A stretch of 64,000 bases of DNA from Candidatus Bathyarchaeota archaeon. Its GTDB lineage: Archaea; Thermoproteota; Bathyarchaeia; 40CM-2-53-6. Below the pieces are notes generated by a model that was given only the letters and a program-made list of their open reading frames with translations, made no database searches and had not been told where the DNA came from. The stretch's first letter is position 1. Every line of letters starts with the position of its first letter. The position numbers were made by a program, and so were the translations under genes. Location of the stretch: positions 1 to 64,000 of the forward strand of contig CAVPLU010000010.1 of NCBI GenBank assembly GCA_963706285.1. Reading direction: 5' to 3'. Of this stretch, positions 32,417 through 43,566 are shown piece by piece.

Positions 32417-33679
32417 TTAGCTTTCTCTAACTGCCGGCCTCAATGTTAGAATACAGCCTATGTAGAGAAGCGCAGTTATCACGAAAGTGACTGCATAGCC
32501 GAAACTGTACGAAAGATAGCCCGACATGATTGCGCCTGCGAATGCGGCAGTGCCGGTCAAGGCGCTGTAGATTCCCAGAAGTTCGCCTTGTTTGCCTTGA
32601 GGTAGAGTGCGGAAGAGGATAACTGATGACGACGTGTTGAAGAAGGCGAATGCAGTTCCAATCATAGCAATTGACGCAATACTCGCAATCATAAGCGTGG
32701 AATTGTGAAGTGTCAGTAGGACCGTTACGAAAGCCGCAAGAATACCTATTGTGCGGAGCCACAGAGCCGAGACCGCTACGCGATCTTCTCCGAAACGGGC
32801 GCAAGCACGACCAGTGATTGGGTAGATCGCGGCCTGAAGGATGTAAAGTGCTGTGAAGATGATAAACACTCCAGTGTCATCCATCTCACGACTCTTCAAG
32901 AACGGCGTGTACGAAGTAAAGAAGAGATTGCTTGCAGTGAAAAAGAGAAAGAACGACATGTACAGCAGCGGCAGGTGTCTTGTGAACACGCTCCGCATCA
33001 TTTTTCCGAACGCCTTGATATCCTCCAACCTAGGAATTGTGATGAAGATCATGGTGACAGTTCTGAGTTTCGTCACGAAACTTTCCTGTGTCAAAGCGAC
33101 AACTTTTCGTTCAAACGGAAAATCGGGTTCTGCAAGGTATTTTGCAGCAAGGACTACCGAGACACCGGAAAAGATGGCACAGAGAAGGAAGTACGCTCCG
33201 AGTGGCAAATAGTCTGTCCAGAAGATGCCAGGAATTGTCCCAAGAGCTGTTCCTAGCAGGGTCAGGGCCGAATATCTTGCGAATATCATCGAGAGTTTCT
33301 TCTTCGGCGCAGACTCGATCAAGAGAATGCTGACGGCTGGGCTCGATGCGGTGGAGATGCCAGCATAGCACACGTAGAGTAGCAGCAGTGCGCCGACATT
33401 TCTTAGGAAGAACCCTATGACTAGCAGAACCGTGATTCCCAAGTAGCCGTAGATCACGAAGGGTTTACGCTTCTCTTTCCTATCAAGCACCATCCCCCAT
33501 AGGATCGACGACGGGATCAAGGCTAGACTGTAGGCGGAAACTACGTTGCCGACATCTATGACAGTTCCACCTATGTCGAGAATGTACAGGGGAAGAAGCG
33601 TACTGAATCCGCCTATAGCTGCGTTTATCGGAACGAAGATCCACAACCATTTCTGGCTGCTCTTTTTTGGAGATGTCAA
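32417..33679 (-). CDS. MFS transporter
   Basis: About 12 TMs, WGMVLDRKEKRK motif A-like loop. Confidence 0.88.
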   Translation of the reverse strand: MTSPKKSSQKWLWIFVPINAAIGGFSTLLPLYILDIGGTVIDVGNVVSAYSLALIPSSILWGMVLDRKEKRKPFVIYGYLGITVLLVIGFFLRNVGALLLLYVCYAGISTASSPAVSILLIESAPKKKLSMIFARYSALTLLGTALGTIPGIFWTDYLPLGAYFLLCAIFSGVSVVLAAKYLAEPDFPFERKVVALTQESFVTKLRTVTMIFITIPRLEDIKAFGKMMRSVFTRHLPLLYMSFFLFFTASNLFFTSYTPFLKSREMDDTGVFIIFTALYILQAAIYPITGRACARFGEDRVAVSALWLRTIGILAAFVTVLLTLHNSTLMIASIASIAMIGTAFAFFNTSSSVILFRTLPQGKQGELLGIYSALTGTAAFAGAIMSGYLSYSFGYAVTFVITALLYIGCILTLRPAVRES

Positions 33680-33867
33680 GGACTGTAGCCTTCAAGTGAC
33701 TTGCAGCATGTGAATAGTGATGACTGCTGTAGTTGCATTACGAAATGAGGAAGGTTCATTTGAAGTTTGACCACACAATGTAAGAGTGTGACGAGTTCAC
33801 GAGGTAGTTGTCTTACGCCCATAAACAATGCTGGACGAGGTCTCTCGAGAATTCCCTAACATGGAAG

Positions 33868-34831
33868 ATGACAGAAGGTATGCAGAACAGACGATTCCTG
33901 TACATGATTGCGTTCGTCATGATCATACTTACGGTGGGATCGATTCTTCTTTGGCAGCCAAATAGTCTTACTCAGCCTTCGAAGACGAGCACTAGCGAGC
34001 TTTTGAAGACGAGCACTAACCAGCTTTCGAAGACGACTTTTGATAGCAAACGAGCCTACCAAGATGTCCTCGCACAAGTGGAATTAGGGCCACGCATTAC
34101 TGGCACCGAAGGAAACCTGGAAGTGTGCTGAATACATCGCCGAACAACTCAGACAGGCCGGCTGGTCCGTTGAGTTCCAGAACTTCACATATCGAGGTAC
34201 TCAGGTCAGAAACGTGATAGGTCGCGCGAATGTTGGAAAAGGTTCCATTATCATTTTAGGCGCACATTATGACACCAGACGTTGGGCCGACCAAGACCCA
34301 GCTCACCCACGTGACCCGGTACCAGGCGCGAACGACGGTGCATCCGGCGTGGCAGTCCTGCTCGAACTAGCACGAGTCATCAATGTGGACAAAGTCCACC
34401 ACGAGATCTGGCTGGCCTTCTTCGATGCCGAAGATGATGGTCAAATCGACGGCTGGGATTGGATCGTAGGATCGACCTACATGGCCAATAACTTGTCAGT
34501 TCAGCCTCAAGCCATGATTCTCGTCGATATGGTTGGGGACACTGTGCAGAACTTCTATTTTGATGGCAATTCGGATCCCTCACTTTCACAAAAGGTGTGG
34601 GCGATTGCAGCACAACTCGGATATGGCGACTATTTCATCCCTCAAGTGAAATACTCGGTGATTGATGATCACACTCCCTTCGTACAACGCGGGATCCCGT
34701 CTATCGACATCATAGACTTTGACTACCCATACTGGCACACAATCGCTGACACCGCTGACAAGGTGAGTCCAGTTAGCCTAGAGCGCGTAGGCCAAACGTT
34801 GCAGGTCTTCTTGGAAACCATGGATGAGTAA
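33868..34831 (+). CDS. M28-family protein, glutaminyl-cyclase-like, N-terminally anchored (frameshift near 34120)
   Basis: GAHYDTR, GANDGASG, FFDAED, DMVG, DDHTPF, YWHT. Confidence 0.85.
33973..34037 (+). repeat. 24-bp tandem repeat (about 2.7 units) encoding a Ser/Thr linker
   Basis: cagccttcgaagacgagcactagc / gagcttttgaagacgagcactaac / cagctttcgaagacgac. Confidence 0.75.
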
Positions 34832-34876
34832 GCTGAAAGCGAATGCCATGAACAGCGGGGGCATACATGGAAACAT

Positions 34877-36151
34877 TCAGTCACGAGATCGGATCTTGGT
34901 CCAAAGTATGGAAGCGCCCGCTATTGCTAGTGGGAATAGGACATACTCGCGCACAAACACGAAAACGATAAGCGAGACTATGAGGGTTACATAAGGGAAC
35001 GCTCGTCCCAATCCTCGCAACTTCAACAGTTTAACCGCCGATCCTGCGCCCAAAATGTAGAGCGCAATGAAGCCAGCACCTGAAACCAGAAAAAGCTGAT
35101 CAAGCTGAGCATTCAGCACCGCAATCAAGAGCAGAGTCATCGCCGTACCGGCGAAAAGAAACAGAAGAGCCCTCGCGGGCGCAGCAAATTTGTTCAGTCT
35201 AGACAGTGAGAATGGCATGCCCTTATCGCGGGCCAACGCGTAGACGAGACGTGATACACCAATACTGTAGGCGTTCAAAGTGCCAAAGCACAGTGCTAAT
35301 GCCAAAAGCAAAGTCACAGCGACCGCACTAACGCCAACGAACTTCGAGAACATCAGGACGACAGGCGCGTAGAGGCTCTCCTGAAGATACATTGACGTTC
35401 CGATAACTGCGAACGACGTCAGAACATATAGCAGGCTCGTGATAGCCGCGCTAATAGCGATGCTCAGCTGGAAATCACGTTTAGGATTCTTGAACTCCTC
35501 AGCCATCTGCGGAACATTTTCATAACCCTGAAAGGACCAGAATATTATCACCGCAACTACGCCAACCGCGTACCAACCTTTCGGAGCAAAGGGCACGAAA
35601 TTGCTCTGCTGAATGTGCGGAATTGATAGCGCCACGGCAGCAAACAGCGCTACTATGACGGCTCCAAGAATGACGGATTCGGTCCGGCTGCCTATTCTGA
35701 TTCCTAAAATGTTGACCAGGATTGTTAGGGACATGAAGAAAAACGCGATCGGATACAGCAGGTTAGTTGATAGATTCAGTGATGTTATGATATACGACGA
35801 CGCTATGATCCCGACTATTGGCGCCCCAACAAAGAACGAGAAAACGAAGAGCCATCCTGCAACAGTACCAGCAGTCTGGCCAAACGCGCGTTTCACAAAA
35901 GCTGATAGCCCTCCAGCCTCTGGATAATTGGCAGCGAGAGCGCCGAAAGTATAGCCGATTGGATAGCTCAGCAACGAAAGCAGAACCCACGCCACCAATG
36001 AGGCAGGACCGGCTATGTTTGCCGCTATTGCCGGCGTAACAAGAATTCCGCCACCCAGAACGGAGCCAACGTACATGAAAATACCCTCTCGCAACCTGAT
36101 GCTCTTCCTGAGAGTACGAGGCTCCGAAACCAACGCTACCACGAATTTCAT
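34877..36151 (-). CDS. APC-family amino acid permease (YjeH-like)
   Basis: GSVLGGGI, YPEAGG, FWSFQGYE, AEEFKNPKRDF. Confidence 0.88.
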   Translation of the reverse strand: MKFVVALVSEPRTLRKSIRLREGIFMYVGSVLGGGILVTPAIAANIAGPASLVAWVLLSLLSYPIGYTFGALAANYPEAGGLSAFVKRAFGQTAGTVAGWLFVFSFFVGAPIVGIIASSYIITSLNLSTNLLYPIAFFFMSLTILVNILGIRIGSRTESVILGAVIVALFAAVALSIPHIQQSNFVPFAPKGWYAVGVVAVIIFWSFQGYENVPQMAEEFKNPKRDFQLSIAISAAITSLLYVLTSFAVIGTSMYLQESLYAPVVLMFSKFVGVSAVAVTLLLALALCFGTLNAYSIGVSRLVYALARDKGMPFSLSRLNKFAAPARALLFLFAGTAMTLLLIAVLNAQLDQLFLVSGAGFIALYILGAGSAVKLLKLRGLGRAFPYVTLIVSLIVFVFVREYVLFPLAIAGASILWTKIRSRD

Positions 36152-36331
36152 TCCGCATCACAGTTCCTGCAGTTAAGAAGATTGCGAGCCCTGCAGGATC
36201 AGATGATGCCTCACATACAGCTGATAATCACATGGTTGCGGACCAGCCCACCGAGTCGAGCTTGTGACTTGGAGACGCGCTTATTACGCTAAGCAATCTA
36301 CATTTCTAAATGGAACACGAGGAAAGAGCGT

Positions 36332-36907
36332 ATGCTCCAACAGCAATTGCAGACACGCCCTCTGTCTCAAAGTAGAGAGATTGCCACACTCGCCGGCGGA
36401 TGCTTCTGGTGTCTGGAAGCAGTATACGACGAACTCAAAGGAGTTGAAGACGTGGTTTCAGGCTACGCCGGAGGCAGAATGCCGAATCCATCCTACGAAA
36501 TGGTCTGCACAGGAACGACCGGCCACGCTGAGGTTGTACAGATCACTTTCGATCCAGAGATCATATCATTCAAAGAAATTCTCGAAGTATTCTTCACAAT
36601 CCATGATCCGACAACACTGAATCGTCAAGGCTCCGACGTAGGAACACAATACCGCTCCGCCATATTCTACCACACTCCAGAACAGAAAGTGACTGCTGAG
36701 CAAGTGATCGCGGAACTTAACTCGGAGCACATCTGGGACGGCCCAATCATCACCGAGTTGAAGCCGTTCGAGGAATTCTATCCCGCAGAAGCCCACCATC
36801 AAGAGTACTTCAAGAAGAATCCCAATCAGTCATATTGTCGCGTCGTGATCGCGCCGAAAGTCACCAAGTTCCGCAAACAGTTTCTGGACAAACTAAGAAA
36901 GACATGA
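36332..36907 (+). CDS. msrA: Peptide methionine-S-sulfoxide reductase
   Basis: [30 protein letters not shown]. Confidence 0.97.
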   Translation: MLQQQLQTRPLSQSREIATLAGGCFWCLEAVYDELKGVEDVVSGYAGGRMPNPSYEMVCTGTTGHAEVVQITFDPEIISFKEILEVFFTIHDPTTLNRQGSDVGTQYRSAIFYHTPEQKVTAEQVIAELNSEHIWDGPIITELKPFEEFYPAEAHHQEYFKKNPNQSYCRVVIAPKVTKFRKQFLDKLRKT

Positions 36908-37027
36908 TCAAAAGTTGCCAGCCTGCCCTAGGAAGTCAGACTTTCGCCGGGGGCACCCTCTCAAGAAGAGGGCTCAGCACGATAGCTTCCTGTTCAGGCA
37001 GATTTGCCTAAGAATTCAACAGCGCAT

Positions 37028-37858
37028 TCATAATCGCGTGGGCTTTCCCGGATTGCCACGGGACATGTAGAAGTCGACAAACCCTGTCTTCATCAGGAAA
37101 GGTGCCAGGAGTATCAGGAGCGCCACGATGCCGACCGTTATGATTGAAGAAGCGAAGATCGGAGACATCGCGCTTCGATTGAGGGCAATTCCTATCGAGG
37201 CCCAGATTACGACAAGTCCGAAGGCGAAGTCTCTACGAGTCAATACCATGAAGCTACTGATCAATAGAGCGATTACAATTACCATGCCCGTCCAGAGCGC
37301 TTGTGTCGGCTCTGGGATACCGGGGAATAGAACGTTCAACACTGATGCTATGTTGGCAATGATGGCAAGCGAGATCCATCCGAGATAGACGCTGATCGAT
37401 AGATGCACAGCTAGCTTGATGTTTCGAGGCGCTTCCCTCCTTCCAATACCCAAGCGCTGGTAGATCGAAAGCAAGCAGAGGAGGAGGACCGCGATCGGCA
37501 CTAATGAAAAAACGAAGAGCTGCGGCAAACCGTACGAGTAGTGGAAGACGAGTAGCCAAGATATGTTAGCGACAGCACCAAAAAGGTACAGGAAACCTAT
37601 CTGCGCCAGGTAGCTTTCCTTACGTTGGCTGGGCCTGACCTGATAGACCATGAAGACGATTCCCAGAACGTAGATGACCCCCCAGATGGAGAATACGTAT
37701 CCTGGAGGCGTGAACAGGTTAGGATACGAGTCGGAGACCTGACCTGTTGTCACTCCATTGAATGGAAGAACGTTAGCTAACATATTCACTACAAGCGCAG
37801 AGGCAACCGCAGCCACATTCGCCATTTGATAGGTTAGCGAATTGGCACTCGTTGCCAT
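37028..37858 (-). CDS. TspO/MBR-like tryptophan-rich membrane protein
   Basis: VNMLAN...LFTPPGYVFSIWGVIY, SVYLGW, VIWASIGI; start at MATSAN. Confidence 0.8.
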   Translation of the reverse strand: MATSANSLTYQMANVAAVASALVVNMLANVLPFNGVTTGQVSDSYPNLFTPPGYVFSIWGVIYVLGIVFMVYQVRPSQRKESYLAQIGFLYLFGAVANISWLLVFHYSYGLPQLFVFSLVPIAVLLLCLLSIYQRLGIGRREAPRNIKLAVHLSISVYLGWISLAIIANIASVLNVLFPGIPEPTQALWTGMVIVIALLISSFMVLTRRDFAFGLVVIWASIGIALNRSAMSPIFASSIITVGIVALLILLAPFLMKTGFVDFYMSRGNPGKPTRL

Positions 37859-37875
37859 TAGTGCTGACTTCCCTG

Positions 37876-38259
37876 TTACTTGAACTCCTTTTCTTCCCAC
37901 ATGTCGTAGGCAGTGGCTGTGGACGATGCTTGAGCAATCATGGCTAGTGCAACAACTAGATGGAGAACGGTGATCGCCCAATGAATTGTTCCTTCCGTAA
38001 ATACATAGAGGGGAATGCCGATGACCCCATTCAACCCCGCCATGGCTGGAATGGCTTTTGATATTCGCTTCACACGGTTCGGCGCAGAGGTCTTCATAAT
38101 TTCGCGATAGTTCATGATTGCCAAGACTAGAACTGCAAGCCCGACCACGGAATGAAGGTATAGGACACCGAATATTTCCGAAAATGCAGTTACAAAGAAC
38201 TGAATGAAAGCAAGCCAGATCAGAAGGTAAAGACGCGCCCACAACTTCAACGCGTTCAC
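37876..38259 (-). CDS. Small 4-TM protein with intramembrane His residues
   Basis: LHSVVG, LHLVVA, QASSTATAYDMWEEKEF. Confidence 0.7.
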   Translation of the reverse strand: MNALKLWARLYLLIWLAFIQFFVTAFSEIFGVLYLHSVVGLAVLVLAIMNYREIMKTSAPNRVKRISKAIPAMAGLNGVIGIPLYVFTEGTIHWAITVLHLVVALAMIAQASSTATAYDMWEEKEFK

Positions 38260-38525
38260 CAGATGACGAGTCTACCTGTGACACCATAAGGCTTTGCATA
38301 CGGTGACGTGGTGGTCGGTCAATTCGCGTCCTAGTGGTCGTCAATAGGTTCTGACCTTCCTCGATCTGTATTGTTGGATCTGAGTGTGCACACGCAAGAC
38401 TGACGAAACCAAGGGACGACGGTGCATGACAACCCAGGGAGATATCCTAGCCTATTCTTGTCAGGATGGGGATTTGCGTCAGTCTTATTTCCATCCTATC
38501 CACGAGCGTTACTGGTGTGATTGTG

Positions 38526-39044
38526 TTGCCTTTCTGCCCGAAATGCGGCGCGGAATTACCTGCTGATGCAACATTCTGTATGAAATGCGGTAGACAGATG
38601 ACTGCTACGTCAGCAGTCGAAGAGCGAAGATATTCGAGAAGAGAGAAACGCGAGAAAGATGAGAAGCAAGAGAAGGACGAGAAGCGCGAGAAGGATGAGA
38701 AGTCAGGCGACAGGACTGGAGTCTTTGTTGGCGGTCTTATCCTGATATGGTTCGGTATCTCGTTCTATCTTGTGCAGGCACAATACATTGGCTGGAATGA
38801 ATGGTGGCCATATCTGCTCGCAGGAATCGGAGTGATTCTAATCGCTCAAGCAGCCGTGCGATACTCAACTGTGCATCGCAAAGGCCCGGTGATGGGCCCC
38901 TTGATCGGAGGCTTAGTTTTGCTGATGATCGGTCTCGCAAGCATAATGGGGATGAAGGATTGGTGGCCGTTTGTTCTAATCGCGATAGGCATAGTGGTGA
39001 TAATCGGCGGCGCGACAGCAAGAGCGCGGACGCCAAGAGCCTAA
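38526..39044 (+). CDS. Zinc-ribbon + charged repeat + LiaF-like 4-TM protein
   Basis: FCPKCG...FCMKCG, EKDEK repeats, WWPY/WWPF motifs. Confidence 0.8.
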   Translation: MPFCPKCGAELPADATFCMKCGRQMTATSAVEERRYSRREKREKDEKQEKDEKREKDEKSGDRTGVFVGGLILIWFGISFYLVQAQYIGWNEWWPYLLAGIGVILIAQAAVRYSTVHRKGPVMGPLIGGLVLLMIGLASIMGMKDWWPFVLIAIGIVVIIGGATARARTPRA

Positions 39045-40177
39045 ATGAACCATCGCGTGATTGCCCGATACAACACGTGCTCAGCGGTCGTGCGGAATCT
39101 AGCACGACCGAAGATCCTGAAGTACTGACCGCCCAAGCATTCAACCATATCGCCTATGTCGTACCTCGGCAACAGACAGGATGAAATGAGGAGTCTTCCC
39201 CACTCACCTCTTCTCATCTCATACAGCATCTTGACGCCATCTCCAGTGATTACTTCAAAGAAGTATGCGTCATAGTTGGGCGAAACGTAAGGCAGATCGT
39301 CTAGTTGCTGAGCGAAGACTCCCTCTGTTGCTGTGTACATCTCCACGACAGGCGCTTGACCATAGAAATACTGTAGAACAGGAGCATACTTCCAGTGTAT
39401 CTTCGGAACACTGGTGCAAAAGAACGCGCCGATCTTCCAGAACTCCTTAGGAAGCTTGTGGTGTTTGCGTTTCACATACCTGGCGAATGAGGTGATGATT
39501 GGCGCGACACCCATGCAGACTCTAACATCTTCGTCTTTGGCGAGCTGGTAAGCTAGCTCGAACCTTTCCTCCCAGGCCTTCTTCGTGACGCTGCTGCCAA
39601 GTGCGTCAATTTTCTCTTGAGGAGGAACAAGATTCGTTCCTGCAAAAGCTGGATTCAATCTTGCGTAGGTTCCCGAACTGAAGCCACATGTTTCAGCTCC
39701 GCTGGTGGCTGGCATCGATCGCGTGCGCGAAGGGAAGTTAAGGTTGAGGACTTTGCCCTGGAGAATATCGAATCTCCCAGTTCTAAGAACATGGTTTACT
39801 ATTGCACGTGCTCCGCAAGAGAGAATCTGATTCAGATGCTTGCTCGTGACGGGAAGGATTTTCGGTAGATCGGTGGTTCCTCTTGTCATAACCCAGGCTG
39901 CCGGTGGTTCAGGCAGCAACGCTTTGAAATCGCCTTCAGTCACTTTGGCTATGATAGGTTGGAAGTCAACATAGCTACTCGGCTGGAACACGCTCCGATA
40001 TTCATCAATAGAAAGAGAAGAGGCGACTTTGAGATTCTTACCATACTCGGTACTGCTGTAGTCCTTGAGAAGACTCTGCAGCGTTCTCTGTTGAGCTTCA
40101 GCTGGGTCGCGTAGTGAGTCATGCCATGGCTTCACTACGGCTTTCAGAGATTCTACCGCTGAAATATTCAGAGACAT
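39041..40177 (-). CDS. GH3-family (ANL superfamily) acyl-adenylating enzyme
   Basis: STEYGK, TRGTT P-loop, EMYTATEG, LLPRYDIGD. Confidence 0.85.
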   Translation of the reverse strand: MSLNISAVESLKAVVKPWHDSLRDPAEAQQRTLQSLLKDYSSTEYGKNLKVASSLSIDEYRSVFQPSSYVDFQPIIAKVTEGDFKALLPEPPAAWVMTRGTTDLPKILPVTSKHLNQILSCGARAIVNHVLRTGRFDILQGKVLNLNFPSRTRSMPATSGAETCGFSSGTYARLNPAFAGTNLVPPQEKIDALGSSVTKKAWEERFELAYQLAKDEDVRVCMGVAPIITSFARYVKRKHHKLPKEFWKIGAFFCTSVPKIHWKYAPVLQYFYGQAPVVEMYTATEGVFAQQLDDLPYVSPNYDAYFFEVITGDGVKMLYEMRRGEWGRLLISSCLLPRYDIGDMVECLGGQYFRIFGRARFRTTAEHVLYRAITRWFI

Positions 40178-40708
40178 CCAAGATCATCCGAAGGTTGGTC
40201 CCCAAGGGTTAACTTGGTTCTTCTTAACTCTTGATCACTTACAAACCAACCATCTTGCGCGTGACCGTCGTTCAATCTATCTCAGATGTGGTTTGGTCAG
40301 TAACATTAGTGACTGACTGAAGCTATATCGAGAATTCGATGACTCCTGAACGCGCAGCAATGAACTGTAGAACATCACTCGTGCCCAATGCCTGGATTCG
40401 AGAATATGACCTGTCTTGGTGCAGCACTGTAACGGGTTTCATGCGAAGACTAAGAACCTCACACCTTAACTATGAGCCAGAGAATAGGAAAATTGGAGAA
40501 TGGAGACGACTTCATGGAAGAGTACTATAGAAACAGCGAAGGCCACTACCAACCTAAGAAAACCACCAAACGAAAAACCAAGAAACTCAACCGGTAATTT
40601 TGTGCCTCTTGGTATCCTGCAATAATTCTGTGCGGGGCTAGTACGCACAAGCGCCAGCAAAACTAAATGGAATCTCTCCCAGCGATGCTTTGATGGAGCT
40701 GCATCAAG

Positions 40709-41368
40709 ATGAGATTCACGCACCTGACCTTCGATTGCTACGGGACACTAATAGACTGGAGAAAGGGAATCGAAATCAATCTCGGCGAACTTCTCCGAAG
40801 GCACGGTCTCAAATCAGGCGTAAGCGTCCATCCTCTCTATCTGAAGTTCGAGGCCGAAGAAGAAGGCCAATACAAGTCTTACAGAGAAGTCCTAAGAAAC
40901 ACAGCAATCAAGGTCGCGGAACATCTCAATCTCTCAATTACACAAAAGGAAGCGGAAATTTTCGCGGCCAGTGTCCCCTCCTGGCCTCCGTTCAGCGACA
41001 CAGTTCGAAGCCTGAAGGAATTGGGAAAGATTGGATACAAGCGAGTCATACTCTCAAATATTGACGAGGAAACATTGAAGGCGACGATTCATCAAAACCG
41101 TTTGGAAGTTGATGGCTACATCACTGCTGAAGATGTTGGGTCGTACAAACCCGCGTTTGGACACTGGAACAGATTCTATGAGGTCTACAAGGTTAGCAAA
41201 GAGCGAACTCTTCACGTGGCCCAGAGCATATATCACGACATCATTCCATGCAGTAAGCTCGCCATCTCTACAGCATGGATCAACAGATATTCTGAAGCGA
41301 CCCCACCGGGAATCAACCCAACATATGTCTTCAGCGATCTCAGGAGTCTATTGACACTTCCAAGTTAG
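40709..41368 (+). CDS. HAD-superfamily hydrolase (haloacid dehalogenase type II-like)
   Basis: FDCYGTLID, LSN, SYKP, HVAQSIYHD. Confidence 0.92.
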   Translation: MRFTHLTFDCYGTLIDWRKGIEINLGELLRRHGLKSGVSVHPLYLKFEAEEEGQYKSYREVLRNTAIKVAEHLNLSITQKEAEIFAASVPSWPPFSDTVRSLKELGKIGYKRVILSNIDEETLKATIHQNRLEVDGYITAEDVGSYKPAFGHWNRFYEVYKVSKERTLHVAQSIYHDIIPCSKLAISTAWINRYSEATPPGINPTYVFSDLRSLLTLPS

Positions 41369-41397
41369 AGTATTCGCGTGCCGCATTCGCACACGAC

Positions 41398-41925
41398 TCA
41401 AGAATGTCCTTTCGGCAGAATCTTCGGTTCTTTCCAATCTTCTTTAAGTATACTGTAGAGAGCCGTGTCTCTCCATACACCACGGCTGAAGAATGACTTG
41501 CGCAGTATGCCCTCCTTACTGAATCCCACTTTTTCTAGCACTCTCGAGGAAGCCTCGTTTTGCGGATGAATCTCGGCCTGAATCCGAACAATGTCTTTGT
41601 TGAGAAACAAGTAATCCACCATAAGCTGAACTGATTCACTACCGTATCCTTTGCCTCTCTCGTCAGGAACAAGCATGTACCCTACTGCAATGCATCCCTT
41701 CACGTTGAAGTGTGCAATGTAACCTATCTTCGTCCCATCCTTTTTCTCAACGAAGAACCATTGTCCTCCTGCCAAGTTGTCGTACTGTCTCTCAAGGTCT
41801 GCCAAAGTCTCCTGAGAAATAGGTTCGAATTCGCCCACGAAATGTAAATCGTTCACCCAACGCTTCAGCACCGGCAGTTCCCCTTTCTCAACAAGATTCA
41901 AGTTCACTTTCCTTCCCTCCAACAA
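41398..41925 (-). CDS. GNAT acetyltransferase, RimJ/RimL-like
   Basis: RGKGYG, NEASSRVLEKVGFSKEG. Confidence 0.9.
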   Translation of the reverse strand: MLEGRKVNLNLVEKGELPVLKRWVNDLHFVGEFEPISQETLADLERQYDNLAGGQWFFVEKKDGTKIGYIAHFNVKGCIAVGYMLVPDERGKGYGSESVQLMVDYLFLNKDIVRIQAEIHPQNEASSRVLEKVGFSKEGILRKSFFSRGVWRDTALYSILKEDWKEPKILPKGHS

Positions 41926-42063
41926 TGGGATTCAATCCTCCTCGGTGCCATACCTGATTCGATCTGTTTTTGCACTTCACCTGCTCACATATAGCTAGTC
42001 CTTCACTCGTGTTCCTGATTCCGCTACGTCGCAAGAGCAGAAATTTCTAGCAATCGATCCTTG

Positions 42064-43155
42064 CTACTTCACGATAGTGACGATATCGCGGTCCTGAACG
42101 ACATGATCCACTCCGACACGCTGAGGGCTGAATCTTACACTCTTTCCGGAAACCAATGCGTACTTCGCTTCGCCCGCGAAGTTCCTATGGATCTTCTGAC
42201 AAACATCGGAAATCGTTGAACCCGCTGTCACTATCAGGGGCTCTTCAAAATCGGCAGGACCGTTCCGTGGCTTGAGGTAGATCTTGATCAATCTCAGCCG
42301 CTGATAGATTGCTACCTTCACCTTGTCCAGGTTGACGTCTCTATCTGCGGAGATTGGAATCAGATCTTCACTCACTCGCTTCTTAGCCTCAGCGACGTAC
42401 TTTGGGCTTACCAGATCAGTCTTATTCAAAACAGTGACCGATGGAATATATCGACGATTTCCGGCGATCAGGTCGATGAGTTGATCGTCGGTGATATCCT
42501 CCCTAATGATCACGCTACCTTGATTGATCTTGTATGTGTTCAATATTCCTCGAATAGTAGATTCGGACAAGTGGGTGAGCTTGCAGGTCGTTGTTATGCC
42601 AAGCCCGCCTTGAGAGGTTCGGTTGATGGTGACATTCGGAGGTCGAGTGTCGAGTCGGATTCCCATTTCGTATAGTTCGTTCTTCAACACGCTGATTTGA
42701 TCGGGTTGAAAAACATCCAGAACCAAGAGTATCAGATCGGCGTTCTTTGCGACGGATAACACTCTCTTGCCTCTGCCGGTGCCGGTTGCTGCTCCTGAGA
42801 TGATGCCGGGAAGGTCAAGGATTTGTATCCTAGCTCCTTGGTACTCAAGTAAGCCGGGAACAACCGTTAGCGTCGTGAAAGCGTATGCGGCGACTTTTGA
42901 TTTGGCGTTTGTTAGCCTGTTTAGGATTGTTGATTTTCCCACACTTGGCAGACCGATCAGTACGGCGGTGCAGTCGCCGCCTTTCTTCAGCTCGAAGCCT
43001 GCTCCGCCTTGTCTAGATCCTTGCGAACGCTCTTGTTCACCCTTCAGTTTTGCAATTTTGGCTTTGAGCAGACCAATATGGTGTTCAGTGTGCTTGTTGA
43101 TCTGTGTTCTTTTCATCTCCTCCTCTATTGCCCGTATCTTCTCTGGTAACCCCAT
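42064..43155 (-). CDS. DRG/OBG-family GTPase with TGS domain
   Basis: GLPSVGKS, YAFTT, DLPG, NKTD, C-terminal TGS domain. Confidence 0.95.
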   Translation of the reverse strand: MGLPEKIRAIEEEMKRTQINKHTEHHIGLLKAKIAKLKGEQERSQGSRQGGAGFELKKGGDCTAVLIGLPSVGKSTILNRLTNAKSKVAAYAFTTLTVVPGLLEYQGARIQILDLPGIISGAATGTGRGKRVLSVAKNADLILLVLDVFQPDQISVLKNELYEMGIRLDTRPPNVTINRTSQGGLGITTTCKLTHLSESTIRGILNTYKINQGSVIIREDITDDQLIDLIAGNRRYIPSVTVLNKTDLVSPKYVAEAKKRVSEDLIPISADRDVNLDKVKVAIYQRLRLIKIYLKPRNGPADFEEPLIVTAGSTISDVCQKIHRNFAGEAKYALVSGKSVRFSPQRVGVDHVVQDRDIVTIVK

Positions 43156-43566
43156 TCGCGTCTGCTCCAGGCAAAGGCGATAGAGATATCGGCAATAAAC
43201 CGAACGGTAGAACACGAAAGCTGGGAACAGAAGCCGTCATTTGGCCTTGCAAGGTAAACCAAGGAGTCACTCTTTGTTCGGTGCTTGATACACATCAAAA
43301 GAAATCGAGGCGACGGCGTGGTCAAGTATCTCTCAGTCATCCAAGCGTCGTTTCGCGGAAAAACGTGTCACAGGAGAAGCATCGCTTGGTACTCTAATTC
43401 TCATGCTCAGCCTCTTGGCATCAGTTGTCCGACATTTCTGCAGACAAATGTAAAGAATTCCGGAAATTAGTATCTATTTAGCATATATGGTCACACATAA
43501 AGAAAATACTATTTGCGAAGTTTCTTATAGTTTCCACACACTCTCGGTAGGTTTTGTGACCTCACC

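Noticed and set aside
34120-34131. In-frame TGA as selenocysteine or programmed recoding (also at other breaks)
   Set aside because: Homology continues in a different frame, so these are indels and not readthrough; no slippery site was evident.
37028-38344. 438-aa ORF as a single protein
   Set aside because: The N-terminal part is an off-frame overlap of the 37876-38259 gene; the TspO-like protein starts near 37858.
38630-38705. GAGAA-rich repeat
   Set aside because: Low-complexity coding of EK/DEK residues within a protein.
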